Source of the DNA: Podarcis gaigeae
Lineage: Eukaryota
Reading direction: 5' to 3' (one strand)
NCBI GenBank assembly: GCA_964106915.2
Contig: OZ066928.1
Length of the DNA stretch: 64,000 nt
Below the pieces are notes generated by a model. That model ran no database searches and had not been told where the DNA came from. It saw only the letters and a program-made list of their open reading frames with translations. Made by a program: the position numbers and the translations under genes. Shown here piece after piece: positions 34,993-50,024 of this stretch. The first letter of the stretch is position 1, and each line of letters begins with the position of its first letter.

Positions 34993-36053
34993 CTACAAAA
35001 CAGCAGAAAAGCGGAGTCCGTTAATCTGTGTATCGAATTGCTAAATTGGATCGGTATCCTCTACCACTCACATTAAGTTAAAATGAGTCTCTCCTGTGTG
35101 GTCAATCTGACTCTCAGATATGACTATTTGCACCCTATCTGATTTGCAGAGTTTGGATCTGCACCATTAAGCAGGGGTGCCAATAGGAAACTTTAGTGAT
35201 ATCAATGATTGAAATTGGCCCCTTCCCCCTTAAAAAGCAACCCACCCTTTAGGGAATGGTTGTGAAAGACCAGCCATGATTGGAAGGACAATGAAGCCCC
35301 CTGGCCTCTCTCTGCTCAGGATACACAAAGGCTGTGTGTATTCTGCTCCTCTCCAAGAAAGCACCATAGAAGTGCAAAAGGCTGTATCTGGCAGGGTTCA
35401 ACCTCAACAAGATCGTCAAGTTCCTAGGCATTACTGCTGTGCAGGTTAAGACTTAGTAACACATTTATGTTCTGCACTTTCCATCCTTTAAGCCTACCCC
35501 CTAGGGCAGCTCCCAACCAAAGTATCTAACCAAAATATCAAAACCAAGTAATGAACAACACCAGGGAGGACCAGGAAGAGTCACCGGTCCCAGTTTCATA
35601 AAAGACAGGCTTGAACAAGGCCATTTTGACCTGCCTTGTAAAACACTCCCTATGAAGTGGTCAGGTCTCTTACAGAGCAGGGAATTCTGTATTGTGGATG
35701 CCACTGAAAAGTCCCCCATGTCCCTTGCCTTCACCATCTGAACCTCAGAGGGTAGATACAAAAGAGAAGGCCTCTGCATGAAGTTAGTTGACCAGCTGCT
35801 GTCCCTTGACATTTGTCAGCTGCCTTGAGTGTTTCTGCTGGCTTTCTCCATTATTGCCCAAGCTAATTGTTCATTAGCTGCCTTGAGTGTCATTTTGACA
35901 GGAAGGCACAATATGAGTATTTTAAGAAATGACTTTCAGAAACTCACCCCAGATTTTCTCTGCATCTGTGCTTCCTTCTCTTTCTTTCAGAGGCTTCTCA
36001 TGACCCGGTTGCGCCCTCTCATTTCCCACCCACCTGCCCCAAATTTCTCTCAC

Positions 36054-36294
36054 CTCCCTGCGCTGGCTTCACTGGCAAGCTCATATCAGGTTTCTGGGGT
36101 CCCGCCACAGACACAGGGTTAATTGTGGAGGAGGCGGAAGCCTCAAGGAGGACTGGTTCATCTCCCTCTCCTCCATCGTGATGGCTGTCCTCCTCCTCGT
36201 GTTCTCGGTCATTTGATTGGTCTTCCATGGGGGGATCCATTAGGACGTCTTCAAGCTCTTTCTGCAGTTGCTGCTCACTCCCATTCCCTATAAT
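36054..36294 (-). CDS. RABGAP1: RABGAP1 exon 3
   Basis: IIGNGSEQQLQKELEDVLMDPP...MSLPVKPAQG. cacAG acceptor, G|GTGAGA donor, 241 nt. Confidence 0.95.
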
Positions 36295-39200
36295 CTGTGA
36301 AAGCAAGTGGAAAAGGGTCAGCCAAAAGAGGAGGGATGGGGGCTTGACTGAGACCAGACACACATTCACTACAGGAGGATAAAGAGAGGTTAAAAGCAGT
36401 TCAAATAACTTTGCATTTTCTCAACTCTCAAGAGACACAGATATCACTTGAAGGTTTCATTGGGTACCTGCAATGCTCATGAAAACAATACATAAGCCTA
36501 CTAAGATCTCGGCCTTCTTGGCCAAGAAAATGCTGCACTGCTCTCTCCAGCACAAAAGCACAGGAGCAGCCCTACAGACTTCTGAATGTGTAAACTGTAC
36601 AGTAGAGACACAGAATCAAGAGCAACAACAGTAGTGGAATTCCGATGGGCATTAATGACAGCCAGGAGCTGGGAACAGCGTGGCTGAGCATTCCACAGTG
36701 GTTAAAGCAGACTGGGAAGAGGCTGCAGCACCATCACAACTCATAGATGAAGGCAACTTCTCCCAGGCACCCAAGCTGCTAGGGCTGCCCTTGTGGTCAG
36801 CACCATACCTATTTCTACCATGGCTTTCTATTCCCCACCTAATCCTTCCACATTTACCAATTTAACTAAAATGCCTGCCTGCTGACAAGTCCCAGCCTGT
36901 GAAGTTACACCTAGACCTAGATCAAGTAACATCTGACCATCCCAAACGCATTTGTGTCAAAACAATGGAATAATATAGTATCTACTAAGGAGAAAGAATG
37001 CAAAGAGGCGCCCACTCAGAAGTCTTCCCACAGCCTGCTGCATAAGGCAGCACTGCTAGTGTTTAGCCTTTCAGACCTAGAGGCAGGGCCCAAGCCTCTG
37101 GTCAAACGTGCTGGGTGACCTTCAGCTAGTCAATGCCTCTCAAGTCTGACTTGCTTCACAGGGTAGTTGTGAGGGTAAAAAGACGCACCATGTCACTGAT
37201 TCCATTGGAGGAAGACTGGGATGAAAATGTTGATTACTATTAAGCACTAAAGCCAAAGCTGTATGGTATGTGGCTCCTTGCTCCTGCTTCTCCCTCACAG
37301 ACAGGGACAATGTAGCTCCCTTGGCACTACTGACTGCATTTATAACCCCAGCATTTTCCCCATGGAGCTCAAGGTGGCTCACACGGTTCTCCCTCTCCTC
37401 ATTTATTGCTCACAGTGAAATAGCTTAGGCTGAGAAGCACTGACAGGCCCAAGGTCACCCAGTGAGCTTCATGACTGACTTGGGATTCAAATCTGGTCTC
37501 CAAGGTTCTAGTCTGACACCCTAGCTACTACACTACCCTGCCAAAACCAGCCTGCCTCTGAGCCCATCTGAGCCCCCACTTCTCCCTCCCATCCTGTGCC
37601 ACAGTTCTCCACCACTGCCTGGCCACAAACACCCCTCTCCCCCTGCATCCCTTGGCCACTTTCCAGCCAGCTGGCTCCCACTGAAAACTGAAAGGGGAGA
37701 GTCACAGAGCTGACACTTGGCCAGAGGTAGTTTGTGGCCAGACACATTTTATGGCTGCTTCCTCCAAGATGTTCAAATGAGAAGTTGAAGGAAATCATTC
37801 AGAATGCAAGCACTCCCATCTTCCCCAGGAGAAATAACTGGGTACAGCCACCTTTTAAAAGCATCCCCCTCCATCTACTCTCCACCTCACTTACCTGATG
37901 GCTGCTTCCTCCAACAAAGAACACCAGTCACTTAAGCCTCCAGTGAAGTGGAAGTGCAAACAGTACACAAAACAGGAGTTTTCCTGCCCTGTCAACGTGG
38001 GAGTAAACTACTGAAATGGTAGGTGTGGAGATGCCACCTAGTCACATTCACTTCCATCTCCAGGACAGGAGGCAACCTCCAGAGCCACAAAGCTGACCAA
38101 TCCTGGCTCACAGATTCAATGCGACCGAGACCATAGCCACATGGAACATTACCGTCTCCACTTGGAAGGAAGTCTTTCACGTATCGGTACAAGGACAGAC
38201 CAAGATGGCCTGAAATCTGGTCAAGCCTGTTGAGCTAAATTAGACAGCAGGTAGCTTTGCCCTGTAATTTGCATCAGAAGAGAACAAGCCTTTGGAGAAA
38301 AGCTGTAGGCTCAGAGGCAGAGCAGTCGCTTTGTGTACCAAAGAGGGTGCCATTGTGAGTCCCTGGCATCACCAGTTAAGATAATCAGAAAGCAGGTGGA
38401 GAGGACAGACCTTTGCCCAAGATCCTGGAAACTGTGGACAGGGGAGGTGAGGGGTACAGAATCTTTTTCAGCCCAAGGGCTGCATTTCATTTATAGGGAA
38501 CCTTCTGGGAGCCAGAATCAAACATAGGCAGAGCAATGCATGTGACTCTGGCCTTTGAAATCCCAACCATGCAGCAGCAGCTAGGGATTTGCACACACCT
38601 TTCCATCCAGGCAAGCTAGAGGCTTCATCACAGTTCAAAGGCCAATTCCAGCCAGGCAAAAGAGCCCAAGGAGGATACAGAGCAAGGCTAGTAAGGGGCA
38701 TGGTCTGTGGAAACTGTGAAGACGGTCCTGGCAGCCGGAAACGCAGGACTGGATTCTGCCCTGGGGCTAAGGTTCCCCACCCCTTGAGTAGACAATGCTG
38801 ACCAACGCCCATGGTCTGACTCAGTCTGAAGCAATTTGACATTTCTTTTAAGTGTAGTAGAAGGCTATTGCCTAGCTTTCTGTGCACAGAGAAGACTCCA
38901 GCAGACAGAATGAAGAGGCATCCACAAATAATCTGCCCTTAAAAAGTCTAAATCCAAAAGGAGGGAGAGGAGATATTTGAGGATATTTAACTGCGTAAAA
39001 GACAATATGCAAAGGGGGCATTTCAGCTGGAGAGACTTGCTGGTTTCCAGAACAAGAGAAACAAATATAGTAGGACTTAATTGATCCACCATATGTTATA
39101 ATACAGGTGTAAGAAACCTGGGGCTGCCCAGATATTATTGGGCCTTCAACCCCAGCCAGCATGGCCAATAGTGAAGGATGTTGGGCGTTCTGTCCAGCAA

Positions 39201-40031
39201 CAGCTGGAAGGCTGGAGGTTCCCCATCCCAGCATAATGTATGAAGGGATACAAGTAGACATTGGGCAGCAAGGAGTGTGCCAGCATGCCAGCCAGCGGGT
39301 TCATCATCACCCATTAACATTACAGGAACCAGGTTGTTAGTCATTGCTATGTACACTGTTGGTGACTGCAGCCCCGATCTTGGGTCTTTGGCTGCCAATG
39401 ATGAAGCAGAATTTGGCCCACCATAGGTAACAAACTTGCTTCCCTCTAACTCAGGACCTTTTGGGTGGCCCTAAGCAACATGTGACCCTCACATCCAAGC
39501 AAGTCACTGGGCTTTGAGAAGGTGTGAGGTGTGAGAGAAGACCTCTGGCAGGGTCTTAAAGTCCTCTCGTCTTCTTTCCAAAGCAAAGTTAGTGCTTTCC
39601 CAGCTTTGGGAAGAAGATGGAAGAGCTCTAGGACCCTGCCAGAGCCTAATACATCTTCCCCAAAGCCCAGAGCCTTGCTTATCCAGCTTTAGGAAGGCAG
39701 CACAAGGGTTGGTGGGGTGGCTTCGCTTCCTCTGCCCCAGCCCCACATGCAACAAGGCAATATGCAGCCAGAGTTAGAAACTCAGATATATAAGCTAATT
39801 GCCAAATGGCACCTTGAACCTAAGTTACGGTCACCACAGCAGAATGTCTAGGTACCTTTTTTAAACTGTGAAATTTATTGTTATTGTTATTGTTATTATT
39901 CATTTCATTTATATACCACTTTATATTTTAAAGAAATAATCTCAAAGTGGTTTACAACATATTAAAACATCAAATAAAACAATGCAGTATAAAACAAATT
40001 CAAGCTTCAAGGAAAATATTTTGGATCCTTC

Positions 40032-40666
40032 CAGGGTGGATTAGATTTAAATTAAATTTATTTAAATCATGATTTAAATCACTAGTCAGTAAGACTTGTT
40101 TTAAATCATTTTTTTACAGAAAGACTCATTCTTGCTAGTATAATCTTAATATTTACAACCAGATGACGGTTTCATTTTTGGAAAAAAAAATGTTCAGAGT
40201 AGTTTTTACAGTTATATCAAAAATTACTGATTTGGTTATACTATTAGAAATACATAGACCAATAATTATGAAATTATAGTGAGGTTTAATAAGTTAACTG
40301 TTTACATTTGGACATCCTTTCCTCTGTACTTTATTGGAATGAGAAAAATAATCACTTCCGTAATAACAATTTAAACCATTTATTTAACTAAGACAATACT
40401 GTAACATTAAAGCATACATATCCATCTTTGTTAACTGATGTGGTTAAACAATTTTTTTTAATTAAAAAAACTTAGTTTCGGTACACATGAGAAACTTAAA
40501 TAAATCCTTATTTCTTGAATAGCCTTTGGACTGTAATGTAACTTAAATAGAAAACTATCTTTAAAAATATTTTTCCTCCAAAAGCATTTTATTTTAAAAA
40601 TCTGATTTAAATAAAAAAATCTGATTTATTTTTCTTTTAAAAAATCATTGATTTTTATCCACCCTG
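40032..40666. mobile_element. AT-rich non-autonomous hAT element
   Basis: TIR CAGGGTGGAT / ATCCACCCTG with a perfect 8-bp TSD GATCCTTC (40024-40031 and 40667-40674). Confidence 0.85.
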
Positions 40667-42719
40667 GATCCTTCTCTAAGTGACATTTTGTTTTCTCTAT
40701 AGTTATTTACCTACTTAATCTATATAGCTGCCCCTTAGCAGAAGTACTCTAGGAAGCCATCATGGTGTAGTGGTTATCGAGCGTCGGACCAGGACCTGGG
40801 AGATCAAATCCCCACTCAAGTCATGATCTTGGGCTAGTCACAGCCTCTAAACCCACCTCACAGGGTTGTTGTACGAATTACCATATTTTTCACTCTATAA
40901 GACGCATTAGACCATAAGACGCACCTAGTTTTTGGAGGAGGAAAACAAGAAAAAAAAAAATTCTGAATCCCAGAAGCCAGAGCAGCAAGAGGGATTGCTG
41001 CGCAGTGAAAGCAGCAATCCCTCTTGCTGTTCTGGCTTCTGGGATAGCTGCGCAGCCTGCATTCACTCCATAAGACGCACACACATTTCCCCTTACTTTT
41101 TAGGAGGGAAAAAGTGAGTCTTATAGAGCAAAAAATACGGTAACTGACAAGGGGGTGAACCATGTACTCCTTGCAGAATATGGTGGGATATAAATGCAAT
41201 AAATAAGCTCTTCTGCCTACCTGCTTAAGAAAGCTGGAGAGGCTAGCCAGATGGAGATATCAGCTGCCAACCTGGCATCCAAAGATCTCCATGTGGTCGC
41301 TATTGGACCTGCTCCAGTTGCAAACTCACATGATGCCTGGCTGTGTGCAGCCTGTGGGTTCAGGGTTGAAGTACTCTTGCAACCCACTTTGGTCTGAAAA
41401 GCTGGATTGCTGGTAACGCAAGAGCATAAGAAGAGCCCTGCTGGAACAGGTCTATGGCCCCTTTAGTCCAGCATCCTGTTCTCACAGTAGCCAACCAGAT
41501 GCTTATGGGAAACCCATAAGCAAGATTCAAGCACAAGAGCACTCTTCCCTCCTGTGGTTTCTAGCAACTGGTGCCAGGATCAAAGCATGTTGGCAAGAGG
41601 CCCTTATTTTGCCGGGTGCTGTCAAGTCTTTCAACTCTGATTAGCACCCCCTCTCCAAATGTGTAGGCAAATGAGGGGCAAAAGCAAGCACAGAAGTGAC
41701 TCTCCCAGAACAGTGCATGTTAAAAGATGTGCGCGCTCAGTCAGACACCTCCCAGCCCGATCACTGCTCACATAATGGAGGAAGCTGCATTATACAGAAA
41801 CCAACTACTTGACCATCTAGGAAAGTATAGTGAGAGGCAGGGTCTCTCAAGGGTCCGAGGCAGATCCTAACCCTTCTAACCAGAGATGCTGTCAGGGACT
41901 GGGCAATGGTCCCCCAGCCCCCAACATGTGCAAACACACACTCAAGTAAATTAAGGGAGGAGGCCGTGTGATTCTGAATACTGGCTGCCAGGAATCACAA
42001 GTGGGGAGAGCTGCTGTCAGTGTTAGAAACTCAGGTACATAAGATATTCACCAGATGGCTCCTGAAACCTAGGTTACAGACGCCACAACATAATTCAGCC
42101 ACCCTTTCCATTTATATTTTCGAAACACATGAACTAATACATAGTTCACATCAGTGACACCTTGTTAATAACACATTTTTAATAGCAATTCTTAACTGGG
42201 CACCACAAACATAAATGGGGCTCAGCCCCTGCAATAGTGGTCAATAATTAATATTCACAGTTTTGACCACTGTTTACCACAGGCCTCATCCTTCCTCTGT
42301 GGTAGCCCATCACTTCTCCCATTCCAGCAATGCAACTTCCCCATCCTCCCAGTGAGAAGCCACAACCATGGAACTGTGTAAGTTCATGCCATGGATGTGC
42401 CCTAGAATTTCTAGCTGTGCTTGAGCATTGCAAGCTCTTTCCAGGCTCTACAACTTTAAGAACGTAAAAAAGAAAACCCAATCTCACCCTGTAATAATTA
42501 CTTCCTTGGAAGAGGCATGGCAATAGGAAGTGAGTGTCAGGAGCGGCATTCAAGGCAGTGCTAGCATTTATGATCAGAGCTCAAGCCTTGTTCAACAGCA
42601 TTCCCAATGGTGATACGGTAGTAAATGTGTTTACACATACACCAAAAAAGCCACTGGTAAATTTTATATTTCATAAGTTCATTGAGAAGAATGAATGGAT
42701 GCCAACTGAAAACCCAATA

Positions 42720-42961
42720 CTGTGGTATCTCAGGTTACATACACTTCAGGTTACATACGATTCAGGTTACAGACTCCACTAACCCAGAAATAGTGCTTCA
42801 GGTTAAGAACTTTGCTTTAGGATGAGAACAGAAACAGTGCTCCGGTGGCACGGCAGCAGCAGGAGGCCCCATTAGCTAAAGTGGTGCTTCAGGTTAAGAA
42901 CAGTTTCAGGTTAAGTATGGACCTCCGGAACGAATTAAGTACTTAACCCGTGGTACCACTG
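42720..42961. mobile_element. Tc1/mariner-type MITE, family A
   Basis: Same family as 1969-2155; TA TSD. Confidence 0.85.
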
Positions 42962-44787
42962 TATTAGGCATGCTTAGAAGTTTCAAAGCATTTCAGGTCA
43001 AATATTTATGGTGTATTGGGACAAAAAATACCACAGGATACTCATTTGCTAAATACAAGTGAAATAAATATGCTAAACTACATCACTGTAGGGCATCAGA
43101 AAGTCTTCCAAGGCAAGTTGACAATTTTCCAATGCAAATTAACCTAATTTGCACAGATTCCCCCTCCCCCTGCATACAATCCAACCCCCGCCCTAGAAAA
43201 CCCACATCACTATTTTTCAACACTCACACTCTGTATTCCAGGGCATGTTTTCTCTCTGCCCAGCATGGAGAGCCTTCTTTCCATGCACAGTTATGCACTT
43301 CTTCAGTGAAGTAAAAGAGGCCAAAACTATGAGAGGAAACCTAACAGACTCCACGTGGCTTGGGCTCCCCCCAGGACACATCTGAGGCTGCCCTGCTTCC
43401 CTTAAGCATCCAGACAGCAATCACTCAAACACAACAAACTCACTCAAATACCACAGCCAAGACAAGAAGCAAGATAAGGTTCAAAGCCATCCAAGTCATT
43501 AAGCACTGTATCTAACCTTGGCCTGTGATAAACACTCTAATGTAACACAGTGTGGAGTTCCAGATTAGATAGTTCCGTTTGGTAATTACTGTGACCTCGA
43601 ATTGTTTTTCAAAAGCCTGCTCAAGAGCAGAGCTGGGCCAGGCCCCTACTTTTTAAACAGGGAACACAATACCTTTGGGAAGAAGCCTATTCTTTAGACT
43701 CTGGAACAGATGTAAACTAATTGGAGAAACAGGAAGCATCCAGGCACTGGGCTGGAGGAAATCATTCAGTGTCTTGCAACAAGCTCAATGTTGCCAGGGT
43801 TCCCAACAAACCACATCCCATTGAAACAGTCTGCACTAAATCAGATGGGCTGCAAGCTTGGCTTTATCAGCCACACCACGTAATCAACCAAACATTTAAT
43901 AATCACAGTTCAAATACTGGAACAACAACACAGAAGAATTCTGGACACTCATGATCTGTGGCACTGGGACAACACTCCCCAACCACTCAGCACCCCTTCC
44001 CTGGTATGGTTCAGTGCACAGTTAAAGAATATGGTCAGAAGTAGCAGCCAAGCCATGTAATTTAAACTGGGGTGAGGGCAGAAGCAGTGCTCTAGAGAGA
44101 GCCACTGCAGGTACCTATACCTAAAAGAGGAACTGATTCATGTGAGCAGGCCATACTTCATTCCCAGGCTGCACTCCTCACTGGCCTTCCTCAAATGCTT
44201 TCATCTGGCTGGAATGTGTGCTTCGGCTGTGATAATCTCTTGCTTGTCTAGATGGAGTGATATGGTGTGAGAGGGCACGTGCACACAAACCAACCTCTGG
44301 TTTCTGAATGGATGGAATATAACATACTGATCTCTGGCAGTGTCTGGTTTTTGTTCTGTCCATCACCACCGTGCCCACAAGGGAATGCAGCACTTTGACT
44401 GAAAAGTTATCCAGCCTGGCAATAGATCTTAGTTACAAAGTACTTAGCACCCACCTAATGCCCAGGTTTGCTTTCCTCCTCCTCCATCCCAAATGTTTTT
44501 CATTTTGTATCATGCCTTTTATATTGCAAGTCTGAAGGCAAAGACTTGTCTTATCACTGATCTCTGCAAGCCACCCTGGGAGCCCTTTTCAGTTGAAGAG
44601 CGGTGTAAAAATGCTTCAGATTAAAAAACAATTTAATTTGGGATTGCAGAAGCCAGTTCCAGCAAATAACTGCTGACAAATGGAACAGAGTGACCGTGCT
44701 GTGCAGATATACCTTCCCTTCTTCCCCCATTCCCCCAATACTGAACTCCCATCTCTGTCTGATCAGACTTGAACTACAGGCTCTTAC

Positions 44788-44937
44788 CTTCAGGCCTGTC
44801 TTTTCATCATCACTACCATTATTGGTGGATGGTGTTTCATCCCCTTGCCTGGAAATCAAGACAAAATCTTCGCTGTTAAGAGTGGATACCGAGTCTGAAG
44901 ACACACTGATTTTTCCAACAGAGGCCTTGTCATCCAT
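44788..44937 (-). CDS. RABGAP1: RABGAP1 exon 2, first coding exon (exon spans 44988-44788)
   Basis: MDDKASVGKISVSSDSVSTLNSEDFVLISRQGDETPSTNNGSDDEKTGLK. Acceptor tttgtttttcAG|G at 44989, donor AAG|GTAAGA, phase 0. Confidence 0.97.
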
Positions 44938-46435
44938 GACTTTAAAAAAAGGAAGCTTGACTCATGGATGGGCTTGTATTACAAGTACCTGAAAAACAAA
45001 TAAAATAAGTTTGTTTATTACTAAGCTGCTCCTAGAAAGTCATGCCTCGAGATGTTCTTAAATTCACAGCTGCACAGCTGCACAGTGTTAAGAACCAGCA
45101 CACCTCAAGCTGCTGTTGAGCCAAGTTACCACTTATCGCTACAGTTTATTTATACACCACTTTTTCAGCCAAAAAGGCCCCCAAAGCAGCAAACAGCATG
45201 TTTTTTATCCAAGTTAAAATAATTACATTAAATACTATTTCCTTCTTATTGTTGGCGTATTTTTACTGTAAGCTGTTCAGATATTTTCTATTATTTTATG
45301 TGGTTTAAAAATACAGCAAAATGCCACAAACCAGGGGTGGAAAACCGATGACCCTCCAGATGTTGTTGGCTTACCACTCCCACCATCCTTTCCCACTGGA
45401 CCATGCTGAGTGGGGCTGGTGAACATCTGAAGGGCCCGCAACTTCCCCACTACTGCCCTAAACCTTACGAAATGGCCACTGAAGCAGGAACTGGGGCAGA
45501 GGTTGGCAGGCCTCATCATTTCAGCACAAGGCACTGACACAGATTTTCCAAGGGAGCAGATAGGGGAGAGCAATGCAACCCACAAGGCCTTTCCTTATCT
45601 TCAGTTACAGTGCTGAAACCAAGACAGAGCTGATGTCACCCAATTCACTGTCCCAACCTCCACATGGGTTTTTAATAAAGCACATTCCCAAGTTGCCCCC
45701 GCCATTCTGGTTGCTAAAAGAGAAACGGCACCATTCATCCTCATGCTAGAGATGGAATGCAGCTCCCTGGAATAACACACTCCATGTTATATTACTGGCA
45801 TCTTCATCTATATGAGAGGAACTTCAGACCAATAAGCCCAAAGTAACCCTTGGGACTTGCTGCAGGCCACACCCCTCACTGGCCCAGCTCCATGCCCTCC
45901 TCCCTTTCCTTGGCTAGAATGCAACCTCTTGCCTGCATGGATGGTGGGTGAGAAGACGCGCTCAGGGCGTGTGCAGAAACTGCTGGCTTTTGTTTGATTG
46001 AAAACATAGCCACAAGGCCAGGGGCTGGGTGGGCAAGCAACACAAGAATGGGCCTTTTCTGCAGTGGCCCCCCATTTATGGAATGCTCTCCCCAGGGAGG
46101 TTTGGCTGGAGGATTCATTATACACCTTTAGGCACCAGACAAAAACATTCCTCTTCGATAAGGCCTTTGGCTGATTGACATTCAATGCCCTTTTAAATGT
46201 GTTGTGGGAGGGAGGATTTTTGGTTTGTTTTTGTTCTTATTTTTATTTATTTATCCCTTACTGCGAGAGCTACAGGGAACCAGGCAGAGGGCCTTCTCGG
46301 CAGTCGACCCCTCCCTGCGGAACACCCTCCCTTCAGATCTCAAACAGATAAACAACAATAAAATTTTAGAAGACATTTGAAGCCAGCCTTGTATCAGGAA
46401 GTTTTTAATGTTTGATGTTTTATTATGTTTTTATA

Positions 46436-47098
46436 CAGTGGTACCTTGGTTCCCAAACTTAATCCGTTCCAGAATTCTGTTTCAAAACCAAAGTGTTCCA
46501 AAACCAAGGCACGCTTTCCCATAGAAAGTAATGCAAAATGGATTAATCCATTCCAGACTTTTAAAAACAACCCCTAAAACAGCAATTTAACATGAATTTT
46601 ACTATCTAACAAAACCATTGATCCATAAAATGAAAGCAATAAAGTACTGTACTATAAAATAAATAAGACAGGGGCTTTTATCCATTTCTGCAGTCATACA
46701 ATCAATCAATCAGTAGCTGAACTGGGTTTCCGCACAGTCACAAAAACAAAGCCACAAGTCACAGTCACAAGTCAGTCCCATAAAACGAAGAACAAGTCAC
46801 AGCCCCAAAAACGAAAGAGCCACACAAACAAAAACGCAAAAAATAGCAAAAACAAAGGCTCCAAATATCACCTCTGTGTTGCATGGGTGCTCAGGACTCA
46901 ACAGCCAACAGACTCAACAAGAAGCCTCTGGTTAGCAGCAGGAGACTCAATTTACAATTGGAACACACTCAACACGAAGCCGTACATGTTCAGCTTCCAA
47001 GGCGAAGTTCACAAACCGGAACATCTACTTCCGGGTTTGCAGTGTTCTATTTCCATGTTGTTCATAAACTAAGCTGTTCTAAAATCAAGGTACCACTG
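46436..47098. mobile_element. Non-autonomous Tc1/mariner element
   Basis: TIR CAGTGGTACCTTG and TA TSD. Related shorter elements at 55421-55663 and 10692-10913. Confidence 0.75.
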
Positions 47099-47856
47099 TA
47101 TTTTGCTCGAAGCCGCCCAGAGTGGCTTGGAAAACCCAGCCAGATGGGCAGAGCATGATGATGATGAGGATGATTTCTGTCTTTTGTGTTTTTTATATTG
47201 TAATTTTATGTTGTGAACCACCCTGAGATCTATGGATATTGGGCAGTATACAAATTTTAATAATGATAATGATAATAATACAAGGTTAGGATTCACATCT
47301 ATTGATACACCAAATATTTGCCTCTGGCCACTGGCCACCACTGGCGTGGCTTGTTCAGAAGTTTCTCCAATGAGGAAATAAGGTCCTCAAGCTGAAAAAT
47401 GCTGAATGACCCAATAACATGGCACTGGAATGGCACTTCGCCCAAGGCCCTGGAAAGTAAACAGGACTGAGCTAGATGGGCCATGTGACGCAGGACCTGG
47501 TCCCCTGCCCCACCACTTCTCTAAGCTGGGCTATCACTAGGGCTAAGCGATGCTTGGTGGTCAACATTGTGATACATCACCAGCTAAGCATTGTGATATA
47601 CCAATATAGCACAATGTCTGAAATAAGGATGGAACTAGGTAGAAGCGAAGAGGATAATGTCCTGACAACTGCTACTACGTAGGGGTGTAAAATCAATACA
47701 TTTTTACTTACCTTTAACATGTTTTTACAACTGTTTTGTTATAGTACAGAGCAACAGGGGTGGCAGGAATAATGAGAGGAGTGATGACCAGCTTCACCCT
47801 TTATCCCACATCACAATTTTTTTACTCTTTTTTTGGATATATCTCCAAGTTGAATA

Positions 47857-48097
47857 CAGTGGTACCTCTGGTTGCGAACAGGATCCGTTCCGGAGGCCCG
47901 TTCGTAACATAAGCAGAACGCAACCTGCATCTGCGTGTCTGGCGATTTGCTGCTTCTGCGCATGCATGTGATGTCATTTTGCGTGTCTGTGCATGCGCAA
48001 GTGGTGAAACCCAGAAGTAACCCTTTCCGGTACTTCCGGGTCACCACGGGACGCAACCAGAAAACGCTCAACCTGAAGTAAACGCAACACGAGGTAT
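47857..48097. mobile_element. Tc1/mariner-type MITE, family B
   Basis: Similar to 22720-22979; right TIR eroded. Confidence 0.75.
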
Positions 48098-50024
48098 TAT
48101 GAAACTGTTATCACAATGTGGACTTCAAACCAATTTTGGACAATGTATTGCTACATCGCCCAGCCCGAGTTATCATGTGTCTCCCTCCAGCTTTATCAAA
48201 AGCAGAAGGGTGCTCAGAAGGGCTGCTTGGGAGATGTGATCTACCTGATTAACTCTGGCTTTCACTGATCAAATGAGCCAGAAGACATGGCCTCCAGCTG
48301 CAGGGGAGCCTTTAAAGGCCGAGCTGCCATTGCATTTTGTTCCTAATCTCGCTGCTGGGAATCCAGTCCAGGTCTTCCAACAGGAAGCTTCACCATCCTC
48401 AGCTAAATGGACTAGCAATACCATGTTGCAGTAGATAGGCTACAGTTTATTGTGTATTATTCTGCTTTACCTGTTGCCTGCTTTTCCGTTATCTGTTATT
48501 TCTAATAAGAGATATTTCTAATAAAATTTCACAATTGGATGAGTGATTGCCGCCCTCAGGGTTTGGGAATCCAAAACGCACCTAGACTGCATTGGGTTCC
48601 ACACTATTGGAAGTCTAAGACTAGAGTGGAATTTACCCTATTCTCAGGGAGAAGGAGGAGGGCTGGAGAATGGGCCTTGTGCTCTGTGTAAATTGCACTG
48701 GTCCAGCATTCCAGGATTTAACAATTCATTGGCAGTTCCCAGTTTCCCTCCTTTGCTTTTGGGGTTGGTGGTGACAGCAACCACTGGGTCGCAAGGTCCA
48801 GCTGGCAGCACTGCAGGGCCACTCTGCAGCAACTAGGGAAGAGTTGTGGAAAGCTCTCCTGAGCATTCCACCTTCACCACAGGCCAAATGGCCTAACCAC
48901 ACACCCCAGCACCTCCAGGTAGAGTTTGGAATATCCACTGCTTGAAATTGCTGCTGCAGTTCAATGCAGACAATACAATGTGTACTGAGGCATCAATTGG
49001 CAGACACATTATAAGGCAGGGAAAGCTTCAAAAAACCAATACAAAATTGAGCTGGCACAACCGGCTCCTTCCTGCCTCTTTCAGACTTGGCCGTCTTCCG
49101 TATTTAGGCAAAAATTCAAAAAAGGAGGGAAGGGAGTAATTACAGAAAATTGGGCAAACTAAGCTGGCATGTGGGGAGGGGGAAAGGCTTCCTCGGTTTG
49201 GGGGAGAGGGTCTCCATTGCTCCCTTCAAGTAGGAAGGCCCAGATCCAGGACACTAGGCTCTCTCTTTTCAAAGAACTTCTTCCTCATGTGGCCTCACCT
49301 GGGATCCACTTCACAAACCTCTGGTTTCATTATCTAGGAACTGAGAAATGGGAAGGATTTTTCACTGCAGCTAACTTCCACGGCTCGGCACACTTTGCAT
49401 CCCGTGCATATGTATTTAAAATCATCACAGTATTTCTGCAACACTTAAAAAGCTGAGGTCTGCTGCTCATGTAGTCCAAGGCACTCTGACTCCCAGAGGA
49501 ATGTGAAAATGAGATTTTAAGCAAGACTACAAGAGTATACGCCAAATAATTAAGATAACTTCAGACCTCCCAGAAAAGTGGAGTTTGGCACAATCACAGA
49601 TGCAGTCCAAGACAAATTTAGTAAGGAAAAAAAACTTGCAAGAGACAATTGCCATGTCTCTTCCTAAGAAGATCTAAACAAGTTATGGTATTTCCAGATC
49701 ACTCAGAGAGCTAAGGATGGGAGGGAGTCCAGTTTTCAGATGTTTTAACATTTAACTACATTTTCCTCCTCGGACAGAGAAAATCCGCTTGTCCTTTATT
49801 CACATACATGAATCAAATGGGAAAGGGAGGGGGTGGGCTCCAGAAGTAGCCAGGGACATGCCTCGTCGCTGGCCGAATAAGAGCTTCATTTCCATGTGTG
49901 TGCATACATATATAAGGCACACATTCATATACAAACCTTGCCCCAAGAATAGTCCAATTCAGCAAGCTAAATGTATCCGCCTTTTCATTTTGCTCCTGCC
50001 TGCGACAGGGAGGGGCCAGGAGTA

